Part shown: positions 37,395 to 49,850 of the stretch, piece after piece
How positions within the stretch are numbered: the stretch's first letter is position 1
Layout of the letters: each line of letters begins with the position of its first letter
NCBI GenBank assembly: GCA_965113315.1
Contig: OZ220374.1
Reading direction: 5' to 3' (one strand)
Origin: Podarcis vaucheri
Taxonomy: Eukaryota
Length of the DNA stretch: 64,000 nucleotides
Position numbers and translations under genes: made by a program
Notes under the pieces: generated by a model
Seen by the model: the letters and a program-made list of their open reading frames with translations, nothing else
Databases searched by the model: none
Told to the model about the DNA's origin: nothing

Positions 37395-40142
37395 TACTAG
37401 GCTGATAAGGTCTGCCATGGTTTTCACTTGAGGATCCAATGGAAATTAGTTCAGGAGGCTGGGATAGAGACATTGGAAGGCCTTTTCTCAGGGCTACAGT
37501 TTGATGGATCTTGGGGAGGTTCAAAATGCAACACCTAATAAATCAGTCATCAAAACATGCAGAATTTAACCAATGCTTTCTTTGCCTCCATCGTCCGTTT
37601 CCCCTGCAATAGTTCGAGGGCAGTGTTGATAAAGAAAGAGAAAAGGACACAAAGAATAATGATGATCAGTAGACAATAAAGGAGAAGGATGGAATGAAGA
37701 AAGGATAAACTTCAAACCTACATGGGGGGGGGGGAGCTCACCAGGTTGACTTCCACATGGAAAATAATAGGGATTTTGAAAAAGAAAGAGTTTAAAAGGT
37801 TTTAAAAGGTCATTATGCATTTAGCAGCCAAAGAGCAGTATGAATTTCTAAGCAGCAACATCTGGAAGATCAAAAGAAATCATACTTCAATCAACATGAA
37901 AATATCTGCTCATTACATGCAATCATATTTAGTTATTAATAGACACTGGCTAGACACTGACATTTTACACATTTCATCGTATGATGCACCAGGGACACTT
38001 CTGGCATTTAGTTTATCATTTTCATCAGTGTCATGGAAAGAGTGACCGATCTGACCCCCAAAACCCTCAGACTGTCACTCATCGTAAGTGAATTTATCAA
38101 CACATACAGAATGGGGAATACACAGGAGAATTTTAACTGTTTGCATACAAAATCATTTCATTCTTCACGCTTCAAAAAGAGGGAGGGAGGGAAGCCAGCA
38201 CCTTCACTTTTGCATAATAAATAATAAGGGCCAGCAGACAATTACATAGGTGGAAATAGTATGCAAAATGATTGGAATTCAAATTTGTTGTGCAAATGTA
38301 ACTGGAGGTAGCTTAAGTAATCAGCTGCAACGGGTTGATTTTCCTCCATTGTTAGAGGTTAATACAAAAGCTCTCCAGCTTATATTAGAAGCAGCCTTAC
38401 TTCAACTGCAAATTGGCACATATCCCATTAGTATTTTCATTCTATGACATCTCCTCTGATAGACTTAGATGCACAGGCTGGCAAATATTAAAATTAATTG
38501 GGCTATTATATTTAAGGCAGAGGGAAAAACAAAAGTCTTGGTGAGGGAAATTCTGGGGGACAAGTAGGTCCGACCCCAATGTCCAAGACACCCTGGAATT
38601 GAATGGAAGATTTTTCTCCCCCTATGTCAGAATGGCTTGCTAAACTGGCATATCCTACTGACTGGGGTTAAATGATTGCAATTAAAGGAACAACAAGAGC
38701 AAATCTCTTATCCCCCCAATGTACTAATCATGATTGCAAAAAAAAAAAAAAAGCTTGAAATGCGATTTTATTTCTAATGACAATTATTTGGGGATTGGAT
38801 TGCAATTTTAGTTTTGCTAATTAGATCCACTGCTGCATTTTCATACTCGCTCATTGCATCCTTTGACGATTCTCACCAGAATTGCATTTCCACGCTGGCC
38901 ACTTTGCAGGCTACGCTTTAATAATTCTCAAGACAAATATGAGAGGGGCTTGATTATATTTTGTGACAGCGGTAATGTAAACCTTCTTCCATGTTTCAGT
39001 TTCAGAAATCATCCTGGTCGCTGAACCATTAATTCTAAGAAAAAACGACTGTTTCAGAGGGATTATCCAGAAACAGATTATAAGCATGTATAATTCTTAT
39101 GCAATAAATTGAAACTAAAACACTGTTTACCCAAAACCTTAAATAAAAAAAAGGTAGGTATGTGGGTGGGTGTTTAATTTGGACATTCTAGAATACACTG
39201 AACAGCAAGCACAAGCAATGTGCAGATTTGCTTTAGAATAACATTTAGAACAAATTTATCAATGTGTTAGCTTCTCAAATGTATTAGGGATCTGAAAACA
39301 GCGCTCAAAACTCCCATTGTTCTAGGCGCGTTTTGCGACAAGGAATTTCATTAGTGAGAAGCGGTTTCTGCGCTCTGGGCGCAGTCGTAAAATTTCAGAT
39401 TAAAACTGCCGAGTGGAAGTGAAGGAGGACCTTTTTCTGCCTCCCCACTTCCAGCCACTCTCTGGAGAAGAGACCCTCTTAAGAATATTTGGGGGGCTGG
39501 CAGGGGAAGCATGGCTTTGTTTTTTGCAGTCTTCAGATGAGGATTAGCCCATGTGAAAAATGAATGTAAGATTTTAGCCGGTTGATTCATTTTCAGCTTT
39601 GTATTCTTGTTATAAAAAAGTGTGCTGAGACATTCCATTGTTGTGCTCATAACCTAGGTTTAAGGCGCCATTTGGCTCCTAGCTTTCATATCTCAGTTTC
39701 TAACACTGTTTGAAAATGCAATAAGGTCTCCCAGGACCTCTCTAATCTTGATTTCTCCTTACACTGCGACTGTATGTCTACATAGGGGCGTGTGTTTCTC
39801 ATCACCCCTAACATTTGCTTCCAATGACCAGATTTAATTTTCTAAAAGGAATGTGCTCATGCTAAGATTCTTTCCATGTTTAAAACAGCTTGCAGGGTCT
39901 CTTAAGTGCTTGTTCAGTTTTGGCCACACAGATGAGAATCACCACCCAATTTCTTGGGCTACTTCCATCCCTTAAAAGTTTTAACGGTCAAAAAGGAGCT
40001 GTAAGGTGCCAACAATGCACCTATTTCTGGGAGGGTGATGCTGATTTGGGAAAGTTGCATCAGGGATTTCTTCCACATGATTATGGGCTTATGTGTCCTG
40101 GAGAAAAAGAGCTACATGGCTCAGTCTCCCATAAACGCAATA

Positions 40143-40867
40143 CAGTGGTACCTTGGTTTTAGAACAGCTGGGTTTATGAACAACTTGGAATAAGAATGCT
40201 ACAAACCCGGAAGTAGGTATTTTGATTTGTGAACTTTGCCTTGGAAGCAGAACATGTTCCGCTTCCTGTTGAGTGTGTTCAGTTTGTAAATTGAGTCCCC
40301 CGCTGCTAATCAGAGGCTTCCTGATGAGTCTGTCGGCTGTTGAGTCCCCAGCACCCACATAACACAGAGGTGATATTTGGAGCTTTGGTTTTTGCTATTT
40401 ATTTATTTTTGTGTTTTTGTTTGTGTGGCTTTTTCATTTTTTTGACTGTGACTTGTTCTTTGTTTTATGGGACTGACTTGTGACTGTGGCTTGTGACTTC
40501 ATTTTTGTGACTGTAGCTTGTGACTTCGTTTTTGTGACTTGTTTTTGTGACTGTGTGGAACCCAGTTCAGCTACTGGTTGATTGTGTGACTGCAGAAATG
40601 GATAAAAGCCCTGCCATCCGAACAATGACTATCATCAGTGCATGTTAGAAAAAAAATTGATCATTGCCTTCATTTTATGGATCAATCGTCTCGTTAGATA
40701 GTAAAATTCATGTTAAATTGTTGTTTTAGGGGTTGCTTTTCATCGTCTGGAACGGATTAATCCATTTTCCATTACTTTCCATGGCAAAGCAAGCCTTGGT
40801 TTAAGAACGCTTTGGTTTAAGAACGGACTTCCGGAAAAGATTAAGTTCGTAAACCAAGGTACCACTG
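40143..40867. mobile_element. Longer Tigger-like non-autonomous element
   Basis: TIRs cagtggtaccttggttt / aaaccaaggtaccactg; internal ttgtgact repeats. Confidence 0.88.
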
Positions 40868-41239
40868 AATTTTTGCAAGCACTGAAAAGCCACGATGACA
40901 TCATTTTCAACAATGCCCCAATCACATAAAATTTTTCAAAATGCAGTGCCTCTTGATTCCCAATACATGGCAGAGGCCTAACAGATGGACAAAGATCCTG
41001 TGAGCCCTTATCGTGGCAAAGAGACATTGTAAGCAAGAAATGATAAACACCCACCATCCACTGTACAGTGAAGCTCTCACTGCCCTTTCTACACTGGAAT
41101 TAATGATCGTCAATCTCATTTAGATACCTCTTCGGACACATGGACTGCTTATATGAATCTATAGACTCTGGCAATGTTTTTCTCACTTTGCCTCCCTTGC
41201 CTTCTGTTGTATTTTGAGATTTTATATATAGATACAGAT

Positions 41240-41296
<57 letters not shown>

Positions 41297-42850
41297 AGCA
41301 CACTGTGGGACTTCACTATTTTTCTGACTCACAAAGACTCACAGACTTATTGAGCAGATGATGAAGAAAATAACTAAGGAGCTATCCCCTAATACTGATA
41401 CAAAACTCAAAGGAGCCCTCAAAACCAACACAGTGTAACAGCAGCAGTATTTATGGACAGCTTTTAAAATATTTTACAGAAATCCCATTTTATGGTAATG
41501 TTGCTTAATAATTAATTTTGTTAATCTTAGGCTGCGACTTCAATTTCATTCAGGTCTGCTTCAAAGTGGCAACTTCTGTTATTTAAAGGAGCATTAGAGT
41601 GGGTTGAGGCACGGAACATTTTTAATGAGCTTACTATAATTGAATGCACAAACTCAAATAACGCAATCTGAGGAAAAATAAGGAACACTGCAATTACTGA
41701 AGCAATCATAAACATGGCTTGATAGACGAAAATACAATTTCTAGCTTTACAAAGGCACCATGAATTACTAGAGGTGGGAGCAAAGATCCATCTTAAGAGA
41801 GGGGAGGGGGCTAAGCAAAGAGAATAAACTTTTTGATTTTCTGAGGCTGAAAATAAATGAGAACACCACCACAGCAATTTGGGGTGGTTTCCAGAAATAG
41901 CTTGAATTATGGGAGGAAAGGAAGAGAGACCTTAATGAAAGCTCTGGAATCCCTTTATTTTTTTCCCAACCAAATCATACCCACAGTTCCATAGCCTTCT
42001 AAAAAGTTTAGTTAAATGGGCAGAAGAAAATGGTATCGGCTCCTTGTAACTCTCCTGTAATTCAAACACTGATTTTAACCCAAGATTTAGCAATCTAGTC
42101 TAGCGGATAGATTCTAGTAGAAGGTAACAAGATGAGAATAAAAAAAATAAAAGCATGTATCCAATAAGTAAGACTTTTATTAGCTACTTCATGATCCTAA
42201 AGCAGTATAATTCTTCACCCTCGGAAACTCATGGCACAAGCAATTTATTAGTCAATAGCAACCTTGTGCCAGCATTCCTTGGGAATTCTAAGAAATAAAT
42301 AAAAATCACTGCAGTTTTGGAACCGGCGGTAAAACGCAGGATAGATATAGATTGCAGCTCACATCATATGTGCACCACTTCCCAAACCAATGGTGGGAGT
42401 ACACTGAATGCAGCGGACGTGCGGGCAAGCAGCTAGTGCTGCTGTGCTACCCCGAACATCAGTGGGGAGGTTGAGCAGCTCAACAAAGCCTCGTTGCCCC
42501 AAGGAAACCTGCCCCAGAGGGTCTCTGGGGTGGGTCTCCTCCAGAGCCAGGAAGACTCTCCAGAGTGCTCCCCATTTTACGCAATTTGTATATGCGCACG
42601 GAGGCCTGGAATATAACCGTGCAAATGAGGAGTCACCTGCACACCTCTCAATACCAGTTGCTGGTGAACAACAGTGAGAGAGGGTGATTATGCTCATGCC
42701 GTGCTTGCAGGCATTCCACAGGCATCAGATGTCCCGCTGTGAAAAATGAACTATATGAGCTTTTGTTATGATCCCACATGATTCTTGTTTATCTATTTTA
42801 TTTCGTTTATATATCACCTTTCTTCCAATGAGCTCAAAATTGTGTACATC

Positions 42851-43607
42851 TGTCAGGGCTGCTACCCGGTCCCAGCTCACATAGGACCACGCTAGCCAGC
42901 TTTCACGTTATAAGAGTCTTTATTGGTTTACAGGTTCCATTTCCAAACTGCAATGTGCAGCCCTACGTCTTCTATGTCAGACCGGCGAAGACCCGTCTGA
43001 GTCTCCGCCTCTTGCACACCAGCTTAATACCCTAGCCTTGCTCCACCTCCTGCGCCTTTCCTTCCGTCTCTGGGTCCTTCTGCCCCCCGGGGTCTCCTCC
43101 CTCCTACTCTCTTCTGACGCTGACCCCCCGGACCCTTCCGCCTCTTTGCGGCGGGCTTTGGGACCTGGCTCACTCTCCGGGCTGCTTACTGCGCCAGCTT
43201 CCGCTGCATTTGAACTTGGCGCGCGCGCCCAACTCTCTACCTTCCTCTTGACCGTTTCCTCGCTTCCTGATGAGGGCGTGACCACTCCTGACTCATGCCC
43301 TCCCTCCTGCTGAAAGCCTCCGGACCCCGATGTCTGGTCCCCTTTCTCCCCGCTGCTCCCAGCTGGGCACGTTGGTCCCGATTTCCAGCTGCTGCTCTCT
43401 GATCCCTCTCTGGCCCCTTCTTCCTGTGGTGTCCCCCTGCTTTCCCCCCTTGCTCTGACCGCTGGCGCTCCCTTCTGGGAATCCTCGGACTCACTGGACA
43501 GGCTCGGGGATCTCGGGTCGTCATCCCCACTCATCCTTCCTTCGTATTCCTCCCCCTCGCTCTCTGTCTCCTCCCTTCTCTGCGTCTCTGCTCCTGAACC
43601 CCTGACA
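42851..43607 (-). mobile_element. Solo LTR (757 bp), probably Gypsy/chromovirus
   Basis: Inverted termini TGTCAGGG...CCCTGACA; TSD acatc/acatg; minus-strand AATAAA at 42919-42924; CpG-rich. Confidence 0.88.
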
Positions 43608-43654
43608 ACATGGTTCTCCCTTCCCTAACAACCCTGGAGGCGGTGACTAGGCCC

Positions 43655-44096
43655 TGTCAGGAGCTCGCCCTACACTTGAGTAGGACCCTGGCAGAGACAC
43701 ATGCCCGACTGGCATGTTCTCTCCCTCCTGGTTGATCGTTCGGGAGCTTCAAAAGCTTTCTTCTGCCCGAACATTACAGCGACCGATGCCAACAGACATC
43801 TGCACACTTAGGTATCTACAGAGTCTTCGCAGCTTGCGTAACAGACCTCAGCAACTCAGCATTTTGGCTAATCTACTTTATTTACATATAAACACACACG
43901 GAGCACTGCAACATGGCTCCCTCTCTCTAGTATCAGGCAGCAAAGAGAGAGAACAAAGGACAATAGTCCCACTTCAAGGAACACAGTAAGACAAACATCC
44001 TGTCTCTGTCACTTCCCACTCTGTGGAGTAAAACATACACCATCATGTGAAAGACAACAATCCCATGACTGCAACCACGGAGCAGGAATTCCAGCA
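43655..44096 (-). mobile_element. Solo LTR (442 bp)
   Basis: TG...CA ends; perfect TSD ggccc (43650-43654, 44097-44101); minus-strand AATAAA at 43877-43882. Confidence 0.88.
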
Positions 44097-45758
44097 GGCC
44101 CAAGGTCACCAAATGAGTTTTATGGCAGAGTGGGAATATGAACTCCCAGGTCCCAACCAGACACTCTTGACCACAACAGCACACTGACTCTCTTATGTTC
44201 TTATAATGAAGATACCTAGTTAACTAGGACTGCAGTTACACAAGCACTAATTCAATCCCTGATATGCCACTTCCGGCACTTTCCTCCACCTCTATTTGCC
44301 AAGCTTCGAAACTGCATTAAAACCAGAACAAAGATTTCTTTGGGTAAATCCTTTCAACACTGCTGAGTTATAAATCTTCGCACATAGAGTCCTCTAAAGG
44401 AAATGGTAAGAGACTATAATGGTACTGATGGATATTTATACCTCATTTCCTTGCTTCTTCCGCCTTAAGAGATTCTTTTCTCTCCCTTCAAGTATGATAT
44501 AATTGAAATGGAAGAAAAATGCCCACCTAATTGTGCAGATGCTCTGTTAATCACTTATTTCAATTCAATTAGTTTCAACAGGATAAGAATGTAATCTGAC
44601 AGTCTAGGGAGCAATAGGTATTTTGGGGTATAGCAAATTGCACGATAGCATCTTGCTCTGCTCCCCCCACCCCCAAATCAACCGACTGAAGCTAATATGT
44701 TTGCTTAGCAATGCTTTTTTAAAAAAAGAAAAGGAAAGAAAAAGAATAACCGGATGGCTTTTAATAAATGTAGTAGATTTAAGGATGAAAATAAAATCCC
44801 CATTATGGCGCTTCATAAATATTAGCAAGTTTTATTAAAAGCAAATACAGGTGCATTTGTGCAAAGATAAGTGGTTCTCTCATCGAGGTATGTGGAATTT
44901 GCTTAGCGATGGAGCTTGATCAGCAATATCTGTGCTGGTAACACCCACGTACACCCACACTAACCATAACAACCCCAATATATCTTGCCAGTTGACACAA
45001 AACAAGAAATGACTGTCAAAAACCTGAACCCTTTCCTTTTGCACCTCTCTCCTCCTTTTTCAATCACTTTCCCACAACCCAAATCATCCCCATGGTGTTA
45101 AAAGATGTATGGAGATGATCAAGTAATCTCAGAGGACATAGTCCTAGCCCTGGCTGTTGACTGCCATATGCTCAAATCCGGCACCCATGTCTGGGGCTAT
45201 GTACCAGCTGGAAACACAGCTAAGCCATTCATTTTCTCAATTTCAATCAAAGCTGGTTTGGAGGGGAAACTGCATCAAGATGCAGTATTTCGTAAGAAAT
45301 AACAGGGCAAATGCAGGACAGATGTGGATTTCAGCTCACATTATGCATACACCACAGGAACTTCCTTAACAGCCTAGGTGTCAAGGAAAAGGAGACCTGC
45401 CTCTTCTATTCCTTATAAGCCTCTAGACCCAATTCAAGGTGTTGGCAATGGTTTGGGGGCAAACTATCCAGAGTGCACCTGCACCTACACGAAACTGCCA
45501 GAGATTTGAGGTCAGTTACAGAGACCCTGCTCACCGGGGTCAAAGACCCACCAGGAAAGGTTAGACTGGCTGGTACAGTCGCAGCCAGTATGGTGCAGCA
45601 GAGGTGTGTATTCACCTGCCTATAGCTCACTTGAATGAGGCCAGAGGCTAAGAGTGTGAGCAGAGATGCTCTCACATTAAATCCCATTTTAGAAAGGAAC
45701 ACACTAAGCAGCCTTAGGCAAGCCACTATTTCAGTCTCAGTCCGCTTCCAAACAATTA

Positions 45759-46106
45759 CAGGGGTGCCCCGCAAGACGAATGCCTCGCAAGACAGAAAAC
45801 CCGCTAGACGAAAGGGTTTTCTGTTTTTGAGCTGCTTCGCAAGACGATTTTCCCAATGGGCTTGCTTTGCAAGACGAAAACGTCTTGCGAGTGTTCCGAT
45901 TTTTTTCCGCTCCCCCCCCCTTTTTCTAAGCCGCTAATAGCCTTTTAGCCGCTAATCCGCTAAGCCTTTAATAGCCGCTAAACCGCTAATAGCCGCTAAA
46001 CCGCTAATAGCGCTAATCCGCTAAGCGGGTTGCTTCGCAAGACGAAAAAACCGCTAGACGAAGAGACTCGCGTGACGGATTAATTTCGTCTTGCAAGGCA
46101 CCACTG
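45759..46106. mobile_element. Tigger-like MITE (gcaagacgaa family)
   Basis: TIRs caggggtgccccgcaagacgaa / ttcgtcttgcaaggcaccactg, TA flanks, internal (ccgctaa) minisatellite. Confidence 0.9.
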
Positions 46107-46585
46107 TAATATGGAAATACTAATACTGATCTACTTTGTAGGGTTCATCTAAGTATTGCTGAGCCATAGAATGCTAGACATTATTTTTTATTTTTTGCAC
46201 CGTTCCCGGCTATTTAGCGCTATATGCATGAGCTGCAACAAATCTGAGCAAGACTAAACTCTGGCTGGTTTCTCCAGCATCATGTTTGAAGCTGGCTTGG
46301 TCTGGAGCTGACCAGGGTTTGCTACAAACCATGGTCCCCGGTTCATACTCTGTTGCTCCCAGATTTTGTGAAAGTGAAACTAAAATCTACCACACGAACA
46401 TGGAAGCTTGAGTCTCACTTAGGCTCATTCCAGCTCTCACACACAGCCTTAAGCCATGGTTTTTAACACACACAGTTTTTAACCCAGAAATGAAGCAGCT
46501 GAAACTTTTATAGCAGGGCTGGCTAACCTCTGACTCTCCAGATGTTATTGGACTCCCAGCCAGGACTGGTGAAAAACTACACCTA

Positions 46586-46956
46586 CTGTATTTTCTGGCG
46601 TATAAGACTACTTTTTAAGCCAGGAAAATCTTCTCAAAAGTCGGGGGTCGTCTTATACACCAGCTACAGCAGCAGCTCCTGCAGCGACTCCCCACCAAGG
46701 GATAAAACGACAGCAAATTAAATCAGAGGACACCAAGCTCTCTAGATGAAGCAGAAATACGCTTGAAAATTGGCCCCAGAAGTGGAGCGGATTTCCAAGC
46801 CTGACTGGAGACTGGTTTTTTTAAAAAAAATTATTTAGTGTGCGTTGGAAGAGGGGTAGTCTTATATGGCGAGTATATCCCAAACTCTATATTTTAACTG
46901 GAAAAGTTGGGGGGTTGTCTTATATGCCCAGTCGACTTATACGCCGGAAAATACGG
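46586..46956. mobile_element. Tc2/pogo-like MITE
   Basis: TIRs ctgtattttctggcgtataag / cttatacgccggaaaatacgg, TA flanks. Confidence 0.88.
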
Positions 46957-48347
46957 TATTTAATTTGTGTGTGTCAAGACAGCTGTTAAAGGTGGTAGGG
47001 CTCATAACTGTGCTGCTCACCTAATTCTGCATGCATAAGCCCCATATACAAATAAACAGGCGTTTCCAAGGAGGTCTGCTTATGATTGCCACCATAATAA
47101 GTCAACCCAATTCCCTGAACTTGCACACCCAACTTGGGTCTGTTTTACGCCTGAGGTTTTCTCCCTCCATGCCTTCAAAAATTGCAAGACATTTTACAGC
47201 TCTGGCTTTCACTGTAGTGAGAGAGATCTCCAAGGAACAATCCCAAGAGCTAAAGGCAATAAAGTCTGGAGAATTGATTATCCCAGAGTTTATTCCCCTT
47301 TTGATTCCTTTTATTGGGAGAGGATCTCTCTTCCTGCCACCTGACAGGACCCTGCATACTCATGCCTTTCTCCCCCACCCAGGCACACACATATTTCTGC
47401 CTGCAAAACTAGGAAGTAAGCTGGGTTGCTAAGGGCCAAGCCATTTCTATTTCCTCCAAAGAGGGGGAAAATAGCTTACCAGAATCCAGAAAATCTCCCA
47501 CAAGGATGCCACACACTTTAAAGAAAAAGCAGGCTGCTGCTACTGCTTCTCCCCCCCTCTTTCTTTCCTGCTATCCAATCATTTGCAGGATAAATCCTAA
47601 AGCTAGTTTCACTCCTGGTTTTTCTCTCTCTCAAATTGTCAACACCTTTCTTATCAGCAGCATAGGTTAATTTCCCAGCTCTCTCTGCCTACCTCACGTT
47701 GCTTAAGGGTCTCCTTCCTGCCTTACGGTCAAAACTGTTTTAGAAAGACCACTGAACTTCATCTTTCTGATAAATGATCAGCAGCCTTTAAAAGCTTTTC
47801 TCAGTAGGCTTAGTTGCAGCATAACCCTTCTCCCCCCCCCCCCGCCGCCACCACAAATCAGGTGCTCACAAAGCTATTCTCGAAAATGCCATGGATTCAA
47901 ACCAACACGTTGCAGAAACATGGGGTTGCCTGTGCTGCAGCTGCTCAGAGACTGAATAGGACCAATTGGGGCAGGGAAGTCCCACAAAGCTGGTAGGCAC
48001 CGATCAAATTACTCAGGCAAGGACTCTGAATACGTACTCAGCTTCAGATGGTGGATTTAGACAGGGGGAACCTTCTCTGCTGCTTACAGGCACAATTCCC
48101 CATCCCCAATGAAGGAAGGATGTGAAAGGCTGTTTGGGCATGTGCATGACCCCCTTAGCGCATGGGGAACTCACTATGTTGCCCTCCAGGTGTTCTGGAT
48201 AGACTACAGCTCCCATGATCCCTGACCGTGCTGGTTGGGGCTGATGGGAGTTGGAGCCAACAACTTATGGAAGGCATCACGTTGGCTATCCCTGCCCTAG
48301 CTAGATCCAGGCATTTACCAAATGCAGTTATCCTTCAAATTGTCATA

Positions 48348-49803
48348 CAGTGGTACCTTGGGTTAAGGCAGATGGCAATACATCAAATCTAGTAAGGGTA
48401 AACGCCCGCCTATATTTTGCGATTTGTAGGTCCATCAAATATGGGGTTAGATTAAACCCTTTTCCATAATCTTGGATAGCTGGATATTTACCTATCTTGC
48501 TCATATGGTCCTGAAGCTCTACATCTCCTATTCGTTGGCTCACCATCATTTTAGCCTTTTCAAAGCCTGAGGCTATGAGTTCTTGTGAGGAAAGCCCCAG
48601 GCCCCTCAATTTTTCATAAAGCGACAATCTCCATTTAGACTGGAACGGGTCTAGTAGAGTCAATGGAGCCACTCCCACTGGGAAAAATATGAGTTTTAGC
48701 CAGAAGTGAATCTTCAGGATCCATATCCTGGCATTAATAGGGAGTTGGCCAACCTCCAGCCTAACGGCAGTGTTAGAAACACAGGTAGGTAACCCTAGTA
48801 GGGAACGATAAAATTTAGTTTGTACAGATTCCAGGGACTTAAGTTTTTGACAATTAAATATCTGGGTGCCATACGTCAATTGTGGAAGTATTTTTGCAAC
48901 AAAGACCTGGGAGGCAGCAGGAACATATTGACCTCCTTTTCTGTAAAAGAATCTTATGATAGCTCTGGAAGATCTTTGCGCATTTGCAATGGAATTCTTA
49001 ATCTGATGGCACCAAGATCCCTTCTCATCAAAAATTATTCCAAGATATCTAAAAGATGTTACTTGCTCAATAGGTTGGTTATTAATTTTCCATTTATGTC
49101 GGAGTTTTCTCTTGGAGAACACCATAATTTTTGATTTGGTGTGGTTTATTATTAGGTGTTCAGCTTCGCAATACTCTGTAAGAGCTCGTAAAAGTTTTCT
49201 TAGACCCACACAAGAGAAGGAAATAAGTGCCGCATCATCCGCGTATATTATTTAGGTTTGGGGAATGAGTACTCCATCTTTCCGACTAAGGAGTTTATAT
49301 AGAAGTTAAAAAGAATAGGGGCAAGAACACAGCCTTGCTTGACACCATGGGAACTTTGGATTTCCTTTGATAGGTTCCCATAACGGTCGCATCTAACACG
49401 GATCCGAGTATTTTCATGTAGTCTACGGATAAGAAGCAAAAGACGTCTATCGATGTTTGTGACATTTAGTTTTTCCCAAAGTCTGTGCCGGGGTATCGAG
49501 TCGAAGGCTGATTTGAAATCTATAAAGGCTACATAGAGAGAGCCTCCTTTCTTTGAGGTGTATTTCTCCACTAGATGTTGCAATTAACTTAATTCGTTCC
49601 GGAGGTCCGTTCTTAACCTGAAACTGTTCTCAACCTGAGGTACCACTTTAGCTAATGGGGCCTCCCGCTGCCGCCATGTCGCCACCGTGCGATTTCTGTT
49701 CTCATGCTGAAGCAAAGTTCTTAACCCGAGGTACTATTTCTGGGTTAGCGGCGTCTGCAACCTGAAGTGTCTGTAATCTGAAGAGTCTGTAACCTGAGGT
49801 ACC

Positions 49804-49807
<4 letters not shown>
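48348..49807. mobile_element. Tigger-like MITE containing an RT fragment
   Basis: Left TIR cagtggtaccttgggttaag; the MITE resumes at about 49586 (aacttaattcgttccggagg) and ends aacctgaggtaccattg. Confidence 0.88.
48368..49583 (-). pseudogene. Non-LTR retrotransposon reverse transcriptase fragment (RTE-X-like)
   Basis: LYVAFIDFKSAFDSI, GVKQGCVLAPILFNFYIN, IYADDAALI and FRYLGIIF motifs; one deletion/frameshift near 49250; truncated at both ends. Confidence 0.9.

Positions 49808-49850
<43 letters not shown>

Larger units (their letters stand above)
42788..44188 (-). mobile_element. Squam3/CORE-type SINE split by two solo LTRs
   Basis: Removing both LTRs and one copy of each TSD restores, on the minus strand, cagtgtgctgttgtggtcaagagtgtc...ggtgaccttgggcctagtcac...ttgagctcattggaagaaagg...aaataaaata. 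Confidence 0.8.

Noticed and set aside
42851-44096. A single element bounded by paired LTRs
   Set aside because: The two LTRs differ in sequence and length and have separate TSDs, and the DNA between them is host SINE.
45925-46030. CRISPR-like or telomeric array
   Set aside because: Irregular ccgctaa units with no spacers, inside a MITE in a eukaryotic genome.
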